IMG/VR virus record: IMGVR_UViG_3300013131_000188
Span: 1-28,815 of that record
Length of the DNA stretch: 28,815 nt
Direction: 5' to 3' (one strand)
From: a virus
Lineage: Duplodnaviria > Caudoviricetes
This document shows, one piece after another, positions 1 through 7,076 of the stretch. Each line of letters starts with the position of its first letter. Position 1 is the first letter of the stretch. Below the pieces are notes generated by a model. The model worked only from the letters and a program-made list of their open reading frames with translations, was not told the DNA's origin and ran no database searches. Made by a program: the position numbers and the translations under genes.

Positions 1-857
1 AGATCGATATAATGGCAACGGCTCTCAAGAGCTGCCAAATGGTCCTGCAGTTTCTTAGAGCGTACATTCTCGAACTTCAAGTTCGTGATAAAGATAGCAC
101 CACCCTTGAACTCAAACCGGTCAGGGATACCCTCGCTTCTAAGGATGCGGCTGTCAGTGTTCCACGAGATAGTACGCTTCTTGGAACTGTCCAAAGCGGC
201 CTTCAAGATGTTCAGTGCGATGTCGTCCAAAAGGATACTGTCGCAGTCATCAAACACAAGGATGTTCTTGGCGTCCGAAAACTTGTAGAGCTTGCTATAT
301 AAACCAATGGCACTCATAGCACCCTTGACGATCTCGTACTTGGGCTTGCGCTGACCCATCATGTCAAACAGGTCGTCCTTGGCCAGTACTTCTTCGACAC
401 CAAAGCTCTTGCCCACACCCGGGGGGCCTGTGACGATCATAGCACGAACATCACCCTGTTTGACTGCTTTGGTCATCTCTTTGAGTATGTCAAAGCGCAT
501 ACGAGTACGCTCGATGATCTGTTCATCAGTTTCGTGAGCTACAGCCTCATCACTGATCTTGACCGTAGTGAAGTCAGTGACTTCTGCGGCGTTTTTGGAT
601 TTGCTCTTAAGAGCAGTCAGCATAGAAACTCCTGCAGGGATAGGCTTAGCAGAGCCCGCAACATTGTAGGCACCCTGGCGGCAACGGACACGGATTGAGC
701 GATCAGGGAAGCCTGGCTGTCCGCCACCTTCCACAGTGACATAGCCTTCGCCACTCTTGGAGACTTTGTAGTCTTCTACTAGTTTGAAAGTGAGCCCACC
801 GACGTTAGTGGGTTGGCCCTTGATGTTGTACCAGCCTTCAGTAAAAGTGATGTACAT
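1..857 (-). CDS. AAA+ ATPase (phage conserved), 3' end runs off the window
   Basis: Missing from the ORF track because there is no stop in the window. Hand translation from the ATG at 857: MYITFTEGWYNIKG...MIVTGPPGVGKSFG (Walker A)...ILVFDDCD (Walker B)...AIFITN (sensor 1)...ALESRC (Arg finger). RBS AGGAG and a sigma70 promoter lie upstream. Confidence 0.9.
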   Translation of the reverse strand, partial: MYITFTEGWYNIKGQPTNVGGLTFKLVEDYKVSKSGEGYVTVEGGGQPGFPDRSIRVRCRQGAYNVAGSAKPIPAGVSMLTALKSKSKNAAEVTDFTTVKISDEAVAHETDEQIIERTRMRFDILKEMTKAVKQGDVRAMIVTGPPGVGKSFGVEEVLAKDDLFDMMGQRKPKYEIVKGAMSAIGLYSKLYKFSDAKNILVFDDCDSILLDDIALNILKAALDSSKKRTISWNTDSRILRSEGIPDRFEFKGGAIFITNLKFENVRSKKLQDHLAALESRCHYID

Positions 858-891
858 TTGCTTCGCTCCTAAGTTATCTAACATAGCCTCT

Positions 892-920
892 AGTATATTA
901 CCATTTGGGGCTGTTGTCAA
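892..920 (-). promoter_or_regulatory. sigma70-type early promoter
   Basis: Minus strand TTGACA-N17-TATACT followed by AGAGGCT, the same downstream tail as the 1406-1434 promoter. Confidence 0.85.
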
Positions 921-933
921 CCCCAAACAGTAA

Positions 934-956
934 TAACCCTACGGGTCGTAGGGTTA
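934..956 (-). terminator. Hairpin, probable terminator
   Basis: TAACCCTACG-GGT-CGTAGGGTTA perfect 10-bp stem at the stop of 954..1373; weak U-tract. Confidence 0.55.
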
Positions 957-1373
957 AGCGTCCTCTGCTAGTAGTGCTTCGATGCAGTTTTGGGCCAGGG
1001 CATCTGCGAGGGGAACCAGTCCCCCTTTGATCAACGCGGGCACATGATACACGGCACCCACGTACCAAACCCCCTCCTGCATGACATAGTAATACTCGCA
1101 GCCACAGCCCCGGACCTGCTCTAGGAACTCTTCGAATGTGTGTGCTACCTGATAGCCCACGTCCTCTTCGCCGCGATCCTTATAGAAGTTCATCTCGTCG
1201 ATGGTGGGCTGCACACCCGAATTATCCCCACGTGCGACCAGGGCATTCGCAGCCACAGAGTCGTAATGCTTGTGCAGGATCTCGCCTGTGTGATCTAGAT
1301 AGCCGTCAAAGTGGCAGTACACTGATTTGCACACGGTGCCATGCATGACACCTACTCGTGAACGTGTTCCCAT
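954..1373 (-). CDS. Conserved phage hypothetical protein (MxTRS...YCHxDGY family)
   Basis: 139 aa with RBS AGGAG and its own promoter; the N-terminal MGTRSRVG...SVYCHFDGY motif is typical of phage early proteins. Confidence 0.8.
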   Translation of the reverse strand: MGTRSRVGVMHGTVCKSVYCHFDGYLDHTGEILHKHYDSVAANALVARGDNSGVQPTIDEMNFYKDRGEEDVGYQVAHTFEEFLEQVRGCGCEYYYVMQEGVWYVGAVYHVPALIKGGLVPLADALAQNCIEALLAEDA

Positions 1374-1405
1374 TTCATTCGCTCCTTTTAGTTAACTTAG
1401 CCTCT

Positions 1406-1434
1406 AGTATAGCACTCTCGGCACTGGCTGTCAA
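1406..1434 (-). promoter_or_regulatory. sigma70-type early promoter
   Basis: TTGACA-N17-TATACT-AGAGGCT. Confidence 0.85.
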
Positions 1435-1437
1435 CCC

Positions 1438-1743
1438 CTACATTGACCAGTAGGTTTCAGTCGAAGGGTCGCAGGATCGCCAGGTGTTGACACTTTGTGT
1501 GAACTCTTTGCCAGTGATAAGATTGCGTTTAGTCTCTGTCTTTTCGACATGCTGATGGAAGTACTCAGCATCAGCGTAGCCAAATTGGAACAGAGGACCA
1601 TCGTTGCTGATGTCATGGAAGTGATGGGTGATGCTGCCGCGCAGATGCTGATTGTGCTTACGGGTGATCCAGGCCTTGGCGGCCCGAGGAGTCTTACAGG
1701 TCTTTTGGATCACTGTAGTCTCTTTGTCGTAGACGTACCACAT
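1438..1743 (-). CDS. Hypothetical phage protein
   Basis: 101 aa, RBS AGGAG upstream, C-terminal CDPSTETYWSM, packed directly behind the upstream gene. Confidence 0.75.
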   Translation of the reverse strand: MWYVYDKETTVIQKTCKTPRAAKAWITRKHNQHLRGSITHHFHDISNDGPLFQFGYADAEYFHQHVEKTETKRNLITGKEFTQSVNTWRSCDPSTETYWSM

Positions 1744-1744
1744 A

Positions 1745-2065
1745 TCAATCTCCTCTGATGTCTGTGTTAAGTGTGGGGCGAACAGTGCGTCGGATCTCTA
1801 CTTCACGCTTGTGGGCCGCAGCCTTGCCCCGGACGATCTCATGCACTATGATCTCGATCATGCCCTTGTCCGCGATGTCTCGCAATGCTGCGCACAGGAG
1901 CCAATTCTTGGTTTCAGTTTTGGCACGATACCAGTGCTTGGCTGCTCTAGCGCGAACGCTCTTATTAACAGTGCTCTCTGTCTTGGCAGTGACGCCGATG
2001 TAGTTGCCCTGCGGCACCCGCAGTTCGTAGATGATGTGATTACGGTCAGTTCTTTTCGCTCTCAT
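1745..2065 (-). CDS. GIY-YIG-like small nuclease-fold protein
   Basis: Start re-called to MRAKRTDRNH (ATG at 2065, just downstream of a promoter). IIYEL...NYIGVT...R...H...E...LN pattern resembles GIY-YIG. Confidence 0.6.
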   Translation of the reverse strand: MRAKRTDRNHIIYELRVPQGNYIGVTAKTESTVNKSVRARAAKHWYRAKTETKNWLLCAALRDIADKGMIEIIVHEIVRGKAAAHKREVEIRRTVRPTLNTDIRGD

Positions 2066-2074
2066 AGTTTGTAT

Positions 2075-2103
2075 ATTATAGCACCGTCTAGACACGCTGT
2101 CAA
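2075..2103 (-). promoter_or_regulatory. sigma70-type promoter, near-leaderless
   Basis: TTGACA-N17-TATAAT, with 9 nt to the ATG at 2065. Confidence 0.85.
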
Positions 2104-2105
2104 CC

Positions 2106-2139
2106 AAAAAAAAACGGGTGTTGTGAAAACGCAACACCC
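2106..2139 (-). terminator. Rho-independent terminator
   Basis: GGGTGTTG/CAACACCC stem followed on the minus strand by a T9 tract. Confidence 0.8.
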
Positions 2140-2160
2140 CCTAAGTCGGTTAGTGCTTAC

Positions 2161-2412
2161 TTAGATCTCGTCCGAGCGCCGGCCCCCCAGCTCGTAGATG
2201 CTGCCTACTAAGTTTTCATAGTCAAAAAATGCCACTTCATCTCCCCCACGCAGGTATAGCACTACGCCCCCCACGTTGTCGCTGTCGCAGCCCCTCAAGT
2301 ATTCTGCTGCTTCTGTCTCGAACTGCTCTGTGTAGAACTCTGTTGAGTCAGAATCCCCGTGCAGTCCATGCTCCCATTGCGCCAAATAATTGTGCGTATA
2401 GCGTTTTGACAT
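2161..2412 (-). CDS. Hypothetical acidic protein (83 aa)
   Basis: Start re-called to MSKRYTHN, with AGGAG RBS and a promoter at 2440-2468. Confidence 0.7.
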   Translation of the reverse strand: MSKRYTHNYLAQWEHGLHGDSDSTEFYTEQFETEAAEYLRGCDSDNVGGVVLYLRGGDEVAFFDYENLVGSIYELGGRRSDEI

Positions 2413-2439
2413 TGTGTCGCTCCTCTCATGTAAAAACAT

Positions 2440-2468
2440 AGTATAGCAGCCTTTGTCCAAAATGTCAA
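2440..2468 (-). promoter_or_regulatory. sigma70-type promoter
   Basis: TTGACA-N17-TATACT. Confidence 0.85.
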
Positions 2469-2515
2469 CCATTTTTTTACTGAGCTAAGACCCTTGCTGC
2501 AAAAGGGTTGTAGGG

Positions 2516-2600
2516 TGGTAGGACCGACCGGAATCGAACCGGTATGCATTTCAGCGAGGGATTTTAAGTCCCTTGTGTCTACCTATTTCACCACGGTCCC
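2516..2600 (-). tRNA. trnL: tRNA-Leu (anticodon TAA)
   Basis: GGGACCG...anticodon loop CTTAAAA, long variable arm, GGTTCGATTCC T-loop, encoded CCA. Confidence 0.95.
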
Positions 2601-2620
2601 ACATGCTGCTGTTACGTATG

Positions 2621-2696
2621 TGGCCCGCCCTGCAGGAATCGAACCTGCGGCCCACAGCTTAGAAGGCTGTTGCTCTATCCCCTGAGCTAAGGGCGG
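2621..2696 (-). tRNA. trnR: tRNA-Arg (anticodon TCT)
   Basis: CCGCCCTTAGCTCAG...anticodon loop CTTCTAA...GGTTCGATTCC...CCA, 76 nt. Confidence 0.95.
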
Positions 2697-2701
2697 ATTT
2701 A

Positions 2702-2778
2702 TGGTGGGCCCCCCGGGACTTGAACCCGGACTCAACGGATTATGAGTCCGCTGCTTTAACCAATTAAGCTAAAGGCCC
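2702..2778 (-). tRNA. trnI: tRNA with CAT anticodon, most likely Ile2 (lysidine-modified, reads AUA)
   Basis: GGGCCTTTAGCT...GACTCATAATCC...GGTTCAAGTCC...CCA. Resembles bacterial Ile2 tRNAs. The 1:72 pair is intact and the anticodon stem lacks the three G-C pairs, so it is not an initiator. Confidence 0.85.
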
Positions 2779-2792
2779 TATAACTAGTGTTG

Positions 2793-3092
2793 TCAATCCT
2801 TGTCAGTGTGTGGCTGCGTGACTTCTGGATTCCACGCTGCTACCATCCTGTGCAGGGGTTCCATGTGTTCCTGGAACACCGAGGGCGCAGCTTCAGCAGC
2901 ACGTTGTAGATCCCAGTCTGTGGGATAGTGTCTAAGAATGCTGCGAGCCTCTTCGCGCACTGAGCTGGGCACACGTGGATATTCACCCGAGGCTAGCCGC
3001 TGCAAGAAATCCCCTGCATAATTAACCGCTCTATATCGTTCATCTGGTAATGTCAACTCTCTGCTCCTTGCTAGTGCCAGTTTCTCAAGCAT
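2793..3092 (-). CDS. BPSL0761-like conserved protein
   Basis: TLPDERYRAV...PRVP..VREEAR.ILRHYP motif; leaderless promoter upstream. Confidence 0.65.
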   Translation of the reverse strand: MLEKLALARSRELTLPDERYRAVNYAGDFLQRLASGEYPRVPSSVREEARSILRHYPTDWDLQRAAEAAPSVFQEHMEPLHRMVAAWNPEVTQPHTDKD

Positions 3093-3098
3093 GTATAT

Positions 3099-3127
3099 AT
3101 TATATGATCAAACAGAGATCCTGTCAA
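3099..3127 (-). promoter_or_regulatory. sigma70-type promoter, leaderless; likely also drives the tRNA cluster
   Basis: TTGACA-N17-TATAAT-N6-ATG. Confidence 0.85.
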
Positions 3128-3130
3128 CCG

Positions 3131-3316
3131 CTATTTGGATCTTAGATACTGTTGGGGCACACGATAGTTCCATTTCTGCAACCAATAGTAGACACGGGCT
3201 GATATGCCTTGATTGGCTAGATCTAGGAACTCTGCGGCCACGGATCTGCTGGTAGTGCTGATCATGAGGCCGCCTCTGTGGTCATAGACCCTATAGGTAT
3301 ACTGTAGATCTATCAT
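3131..3316 (-). CDS. Hypothetical protein (61 aa)
   Basis: MIDLQYTYRVYD...; start uncertain. Confidence 0.5.
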   Translation of the reverse strand: MIDLQYTYRVYDHRGGLMISTTSRSVAAEFLDLANQGISARVYYWLQKWNYRVPQQYLRSK

Positions 3317-3360
3317 CGTCGCTATACAGTAAGGAGCCATGGATAGTCTAGCAGCGGGGC

Positions 3361-3513
3361 CTATAGCCAAAAAACGGTAGTGATCAGACTGAGCATGGTG
3401 ATCAAGATCATACTGCGATCATCATGATCCCTGCTGGTGATGAATTCTGCGCCCAATATGATCAACCATGGCAACAGTATGGCAGCTATGATCACGGTGT
3501 TGACAGCAGACAT
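3361..3513 (-). CDS. Small two-TM membrane protein (50 aa)
   Basis: Below the ORF-track cutoff. MSAVNTVIIAAILLPWLIILGAEF...MILITMLSLITTVFWL*, with RBS AGGAGCGA. Confidence 0.65.
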   Translation of the reverse strand: MSAVNTVIIAAILLPWLIILGAEFITSRDHDDRSMILITMLSLITTVFWL

Positions 3514-3529
3514 AGATCGCTCCTATACT
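3500..3529 (+). promoter_or_regulatory. Plus-strand sigma70-like promoter pointing into the non-coding repeat region
   Basis: TTGACA(3500-3505)-N18-TATACT(3524-3529); no convincing plus-strand gene downstream. Confidence 0.5.
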
Positions 3530-3559
3530 GTATATATCATGATAGCTACCATAGATAGG

Positions 3560-3828
3560 ATCACGCACAGCGGGGCCACTGTACGAAACCCCGGGAATGG
3601 TGGCGACCCAGTGGTTTCTATCATGATTTCCACAGTGGAGCTAGAGTCGAGGTCGGTGGTTTGAGAGGCTAAGCTCAAATAGTCACACAATTCCACACTT
3701 TGTCACACAGAACCACACAAATCTGCACTCTATCTCGCCCCCGGGCCTGCGCAGCGGCCTCTACACGCTGGTCAGGCCACAGTAAATCACACTTACTGAA
3801 TAATATTTCAATCACGCACAGCGGGGCC
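3560..3828. repeat. 18-bp direct repeat ATCACGCACAGCGGGGCC (3560-3577, 3811-3828) enclosing phased CACAC repeats
   Basis: Two exact copies, with the core CAGCGGGGCC also at 3352-3361. CACAC occurs at 3684, 3694, 3704 and 3714. Confidence 0.85.
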
Positions 3829-3966
3829 GCTGGCGTTTTCACAGTCTTCTGCCCATACATACAACAATAAGAATGTGGGCATCAACAAGATCCACATCCA
3901 CAGATCACCCTGTCGCATCGTGTACACAAGACTGATCCAGTATATCCCAAATATCAGCCATTTCAT
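3808..3966 (-). CDS. Small two-TM membrane protein (52 aa)
   Basis: MKWLIFGIYWISLVYTMRQGDLWMWILLMPTFLLLYVWAEDCENASGPAVRD*; ATGA-coupled to the upstream stop. Confidence 0.65.
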   Translation of the reverse strand: MKWLIFGIYWISLVYTMRQGDLWMWILLMPTFLLLYVWAEDCENASGPAVRD

Positions 3967-4130
3967 AGTTCTCTCCTACGACACTCTGAAACCAGCTTGC
4001 TTTTAACTATGTCAAAGCGTCTCTGCCATAACTGTTGATTATCTCTACACTCACGTTCTGTGCTGTACACACTGTGCTCTACCGAGTTCTCAGGATACTG
4101 CAACCAAAATACCAAGACCCACAGCATCAT
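3963..4130 (-). CDS. Small Cys-pair protein (55 aa), paralog 3
   Basis: MMLWVLVFWLQ...YSTERECR...SECRRREL; ATGA overlap with the upstream gene. Confidence 0.7.
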   Translation of the reverse strand: MMLWVLVFWLQYPENSVEHSVYSTERECRDNQQLWQRRFDIVKSKLVSECRRREL

Positions 4131-4312
4131 CTGGGTATCCTTACGCAACGTGCAGCAGTTCGGAACTTGTCGACTTTGAACTCCCGCTGCACACGATCTC
4201 TCTGCTGCTGGCACTGCTCCAGTGTGGTCATCGGCAGTTGCAGCAGACCTCTGCTCTGTTCTATGTTGCCCACGGGCTCAGTCATAGCCATACTTATCAG
4301 CAGCATCCACAT
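4127..4312 (-). CDS. Small Cys-pair protein (61 aa), paralog 2
   Basis: MWMLLISM...TTLEQCQQQR...ARCVRIPR; RBS AAGGAG. Confidence 0.7.
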   Translation of the reverse strand: MWMLLISMAMTEPVGNIEQSRGLLQLPMTTLEQCQQQRDRVQREFKVDKFRTAARCVRIPR

Positions 4313-4313
4313 G

Positions 4314-4475
4314 TTATTTCACTCCTTTACTTAGACACAGTACTTGAAACTCTCGGATTTCGGGCTGTATCCATCTAGCTCTGGCCTGCCAGCAGTCTTC
4401 ATAGTTTCTGTATTCTTTCGTGTACACATTCACAGTCTGGCTGGCTAACCATAACTGTACACTCAGCAGCCACAT
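4314..4475 (-). CDS. Small Cys-pair protein (53 aa), paralog 1
   Basis: Not in the ORF track. MWLLSVQLWLASQTVNVYTKEYRNYEDCWQARARWIQPEIREFQVLCLSKGVK*, with a TAATG overlap with the upstream gene. Confidence 0.7.
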   Translation of the reverse strand: MWLLSVQLWLASQTVNVYTKEYRNYEDCWQARARWIQPEIREFQVLCLSKGVK

Positions 4476-4705
4476 TACTTCACACCCCGCTTGTTAGCAG
4501 TTTCCTGCATGCCTGCCTGTATCATCTTTTTAAACATCAACACCACACGTGATTTTTCTTTTTCACTGAGTATCTTTACCAGGGCCAGTTTATCATCATA
4601 GCTCTTGGCATCGTCCAGGAATCCTTCTGGCACGGTTAACCGAGATTTTTTCTTCTTTTTCAAATCGGCTTTGAAACGGTCCAAATCTGATTTATCCGTC
4701 ATCAT
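4475..4705 (-). CDS. Hypothetical basic protein (76 aa)
   Basis: ORF track; Lys-rich; translationally coupled to its neighbours. Confidence 0.7.
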   Translation of the reverse strand: MMTDKSDLDRFKADLKKKKKSRLTVPEGFLDDAKSYDDKLALVKILSEKEKSRVVLMFKKMIQAGMQETANKRGVK

Positions 4706-4802
4706 CGTCTCTTTGGGTTATCCATATTACCGTGCGGATCATGATCACGCCCAACACTAGCGTATTCAATGCAGCACACAGACCTGTGATAAACTGTATC
4801 AT
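4692..4802 (-). CDS. Small single-TM protein (36 aa)
   Basis: MIQFITGLCAALNTLVLGVIMIRTVIWITQRDDDDG; the ATG lies 4 nt after an ATAAATA box. Confidence 0.5.
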   Translation of the reverse strand: MIQFITGLCAALNTLVLGVIMIRTVIWITQRDDDDG

Positions 4803-4920
4803 CGAATATTTATCCGGGATTCTGCTGCACAATTTTTTATCGCTACCGCTCTGCTTCGCAGTGAAAATTTTGCGTGCCTTCGGCGGCCTAAGATCTTCTC
4901 TGACCTTTTGACAAAATCCC

Positions 4921-4927
4921 ATAAATA
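4921..4927 (+). promoter_or_regulatory. T4-late-like promoter box ATAAATA
   Basis: Upstream of the structural gene at 4949; the same box recurs before many genes. Confidence 0.6.
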
Positions 4928-4948
4928 AAGGGTCAGAGATCAAAATTC

Positions 4949-7066
4949 ATGATACCATTAAAAATACTAAGAATCACACCCAGAGATTCCGATTTCCTGG
5001 AGGGCAGAACAGGAGCTCGCGGAGAGATCTACTACGATGAAGGCACACATGCCCTGAGGCTCTATGATGGAGTTCTGGAGGGGGGACGCAGCCTCATGCG
5101 AGCAGATCTCAGCAACAGCGAAGTTCCAGTGGTCAAGTTCTTTTCTGGAGACACAGCACCACTGAGTCCCGCTGTGGGAGATCTTTGGTTCAATACCAAC
5201 AACGGCAGTCTGTACATACGCTGGAACGATGGCAACAGCACACAATGGATACAGCCCCAGAGTCCCACTGTGAGTGCGGGTGGAGGGGGCGGATCGGGTG
5301 GGGTGCAGTCAGGATCAGCGGGCCGCATAGCCTACTACCCTGCCACGGGCACAGAAGTCAACGATCTCAATCAGCTGTCGTGGAACTCGGGCACTGATAC
5401 ACTGAGCCTCACGGGCCAGATCACTGTCAGCGGACAAAAGAACTACATCAGGTTCCATTGGGATACCCTGGCGGATCTCAACTCACAGGCTCCCGCAGCC
5501 ACATGGCATGGCATGGTAGCACACGTACACGACACAGGACGACTGTACTATGCACATGCGGGATCATGGATACCCGTGGCCTTAGAATCAGAACTGCCGG
5601 ATCTTGGCAGCATAGAGTTCGCGGCCACTGCGATCAGCACCGCAGACAGCTCAGCCATAGAATTCACTGGACCAGTGATATTTGACAGCGACATCACCGT
5701 GGGCAACGACATCATATTCCCCGATGGTACTAGGCTGTTTTCAGCTACGGGAGTACAGGGACCTCCAGGGCCACAGGGTCCATCGGGCGCCACAGGCGCA
5801 GGCACAGGTGATGTGGTCAGTGCGGGTGGGAGCTATGTAGACAACAGCTTGGTTCGCTATGACGGAACCACGGGCACTATCATACAGACCAGCACTGCCA
5901 CACTGACAGATGGAGGTCTGCTCACAGCCACGAACTTCTCAGGGGGTGGCGCAGCCATAACAGCCCTGAATGCTGCCAATCTAGGATCAGGTACCATACC
6001 CGATGCACGTTTTCCTGCCACCCTGCCTGCAGTAAGCGGAGCAAATCTCACAGCATTACCTGCAACACTGCCCGCGGCTAGCGGAGTCAATCTCACTGCT
6101 TTAAACGCAACACAATTAACATCGGGTACTGTTCCTGTGTTAAGATTGGGTGCGTCTGGCACTAGAGATGCTACTACTTATCTCAGGGGAGACAATACGT
6201 GGGCCGCGGTCAGCGTGGGAGCCAGTGCGCTGGATGATCTCACTGATGTGATCATCTCTGCACCTTCGCTGAATCAAGTGTTGAAATATAACGGCACCAA
6301 TTGGGTCAATGACACAGATGCCACAGGCGCGGGGGTGGCCAGCAACAGTTTTGAAACCATAGCGGTAGCTGGGCAAAGCTCAGTGGTAGCTGACAGCGGC
6401 ACTGATACGCTGACCCTGGTAGCAGGCACTAACATAACCATAACCACCAATGCCAGCACTGACACCATAACCATCAACGCTTCGGGAGGCAGTTCTAACA
6501 GTTTTGAAACCATAGCGGTAGCTGGGCAAAGCTCAGTGGTAGCTGACAGCGGCACTGATACATTAACACTGTCAGCGGGTACCGGCATCACTATCACTAC
6601 CAATGCCAGCACTGACACCATAACCATAACCAACAGTGTCAGCGCATTCACTGGTCTTACAGATGTGGTCAATACTACCATGACCATAGATCAGGCCTAT
6701 CTGCCAGCCATAACCAGATTGACTGTGTCCAACAATGCCAGCAGCTCATACAGCTTTGATCAGTATGGTGCGCTGACCAACCCCACTGTCTATGCTATCA
6801 GCGGAACTACCATAGCTTTCAATCTCACTGCCATCGCAGGTCATCCATTTTTGATACAGACCAGCGGAGGTTCTAACTACAACACGGGTCTGGTGCATGT
6901 CAGCACCAATGGCACGGTACAGACAGGATCTTTGGCCCAGGGCCAGACCAGCGGTACACTGTATTGGAAGATACCTTATAATACCACAGGCAGCTATAGA
7001 TATCAGTGTTCTATACACGGTGGCATGCAGGGTACAATCAGCATCAAAGACATAGCCACGATCTAA
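4949..7066 (+). CDS. Virion structural or tail-fibre-like protein with collagen-like stretch, internal repeats and a C-terminal cupredoxin-like domain
   Basis: 705 aa, rich in Gly, Thr and Ser. Contains GEIYYD...LRLYDG and GDLWFNT fibre motifs, a GXY x5 stretch, two 51-aa repeats, and GHPF...YQCSIHGGMQG. Confidence 0.8.
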   Translation: MIPLKILRITPRDSDFLEGRTGARGEIYYDEGTHALRLYDGVLEGGRSLMRADLSNSEVPVVKFFSGDTAPLSPAVGDLWFNTNNGSLYIRWNDGNSTQWIQPQSPTVSAGGGGGSGGVQSGSAGRIAYYPATGTEVNDLNQLSWNSGTDTLSLTGQITVSGQKNYIRFHWDTLADLNSQAPAATWHGMVAHVHDTGRLYYAHAGSWIPVALESELPDLGSIEFAATAISTADSSAIEFTGPVIFDSDITVGNDIIFPDGTRLFSATGVQGPPGPQGPSGATGAGTGDVVSAGGSYVDNSLVRYDGTTGTIIQTSTATLTDGGLLTATNFSGGGAAITALNAANLGSGTIPDARFPATLPAVSGANLTALPATLPAASGVNLTALNATQLTSGTVPVLRLGASGTRDATTYLRGDNTWAAVSVGASALDDLTDVIISAPSLNQVLKYNGTNWVNDTDATGAGVASNSFETIAVAGQSSVVADSGTDTLTLVAGTNITITTNASTDTITINASGGSSNSFETIAVAGQSSVVADSGTDTLTLSAGTGITITTNASTDTITITNSVSAFTGLTDVVNTTMTIDQAYLPAITRLTVSNNASSSYSFDQYGALTNPTVYAISGTTIAFNLTAIAGHPFLIQTSGGSNYNTGLVHVSTNGTVQTGSLAQGQTSGTLYWKIPYNTTGSYRYQCSIHGGMQGTISIKDIATI
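6344..6561 (+). repeat. Intragenic tandem duplication, 153-bp period
   Basis: 65 bp identical at 6344-6408 and 6497-6561 (NSFETIAVAGQSSVVADSGTD). Confidence 0.95.
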
Positions 7067-7076
7067 AGGATAGAAA

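Noticed and set aside
12-302. Plus-strand ORFs 12..302 and 85..288
   Set aside because: They are shadows of the minus-strand AAA+ ATPase, which has clear Walker motifs
2702-2778. CAT tRNA as initiator tRNA-fMet
   Set aside because: It has a paired G1-C72 and lacks three consecutive G-C pairs in the anticodon stem
3626-3697. DnaA boxes (ATTTCCACA, AATTCCACA)
   Set aside because: They have two to three mismatches to TTATCCACA, which is too weak to call
3675-3860. 61-aa minus ORF and 3437..3664 plus ORF
   Set aside because: They overlap better-supported small genes, lack an RBS and cross the repeat region
6344-6561. 65-bp exact repeat considered as a CRISPR array or a DGR template/variable pair
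   Set aside because: Only two in-frame copies inside a CDS, with no spacers, no adenine-specific differences and no reverse transcriptase in the window
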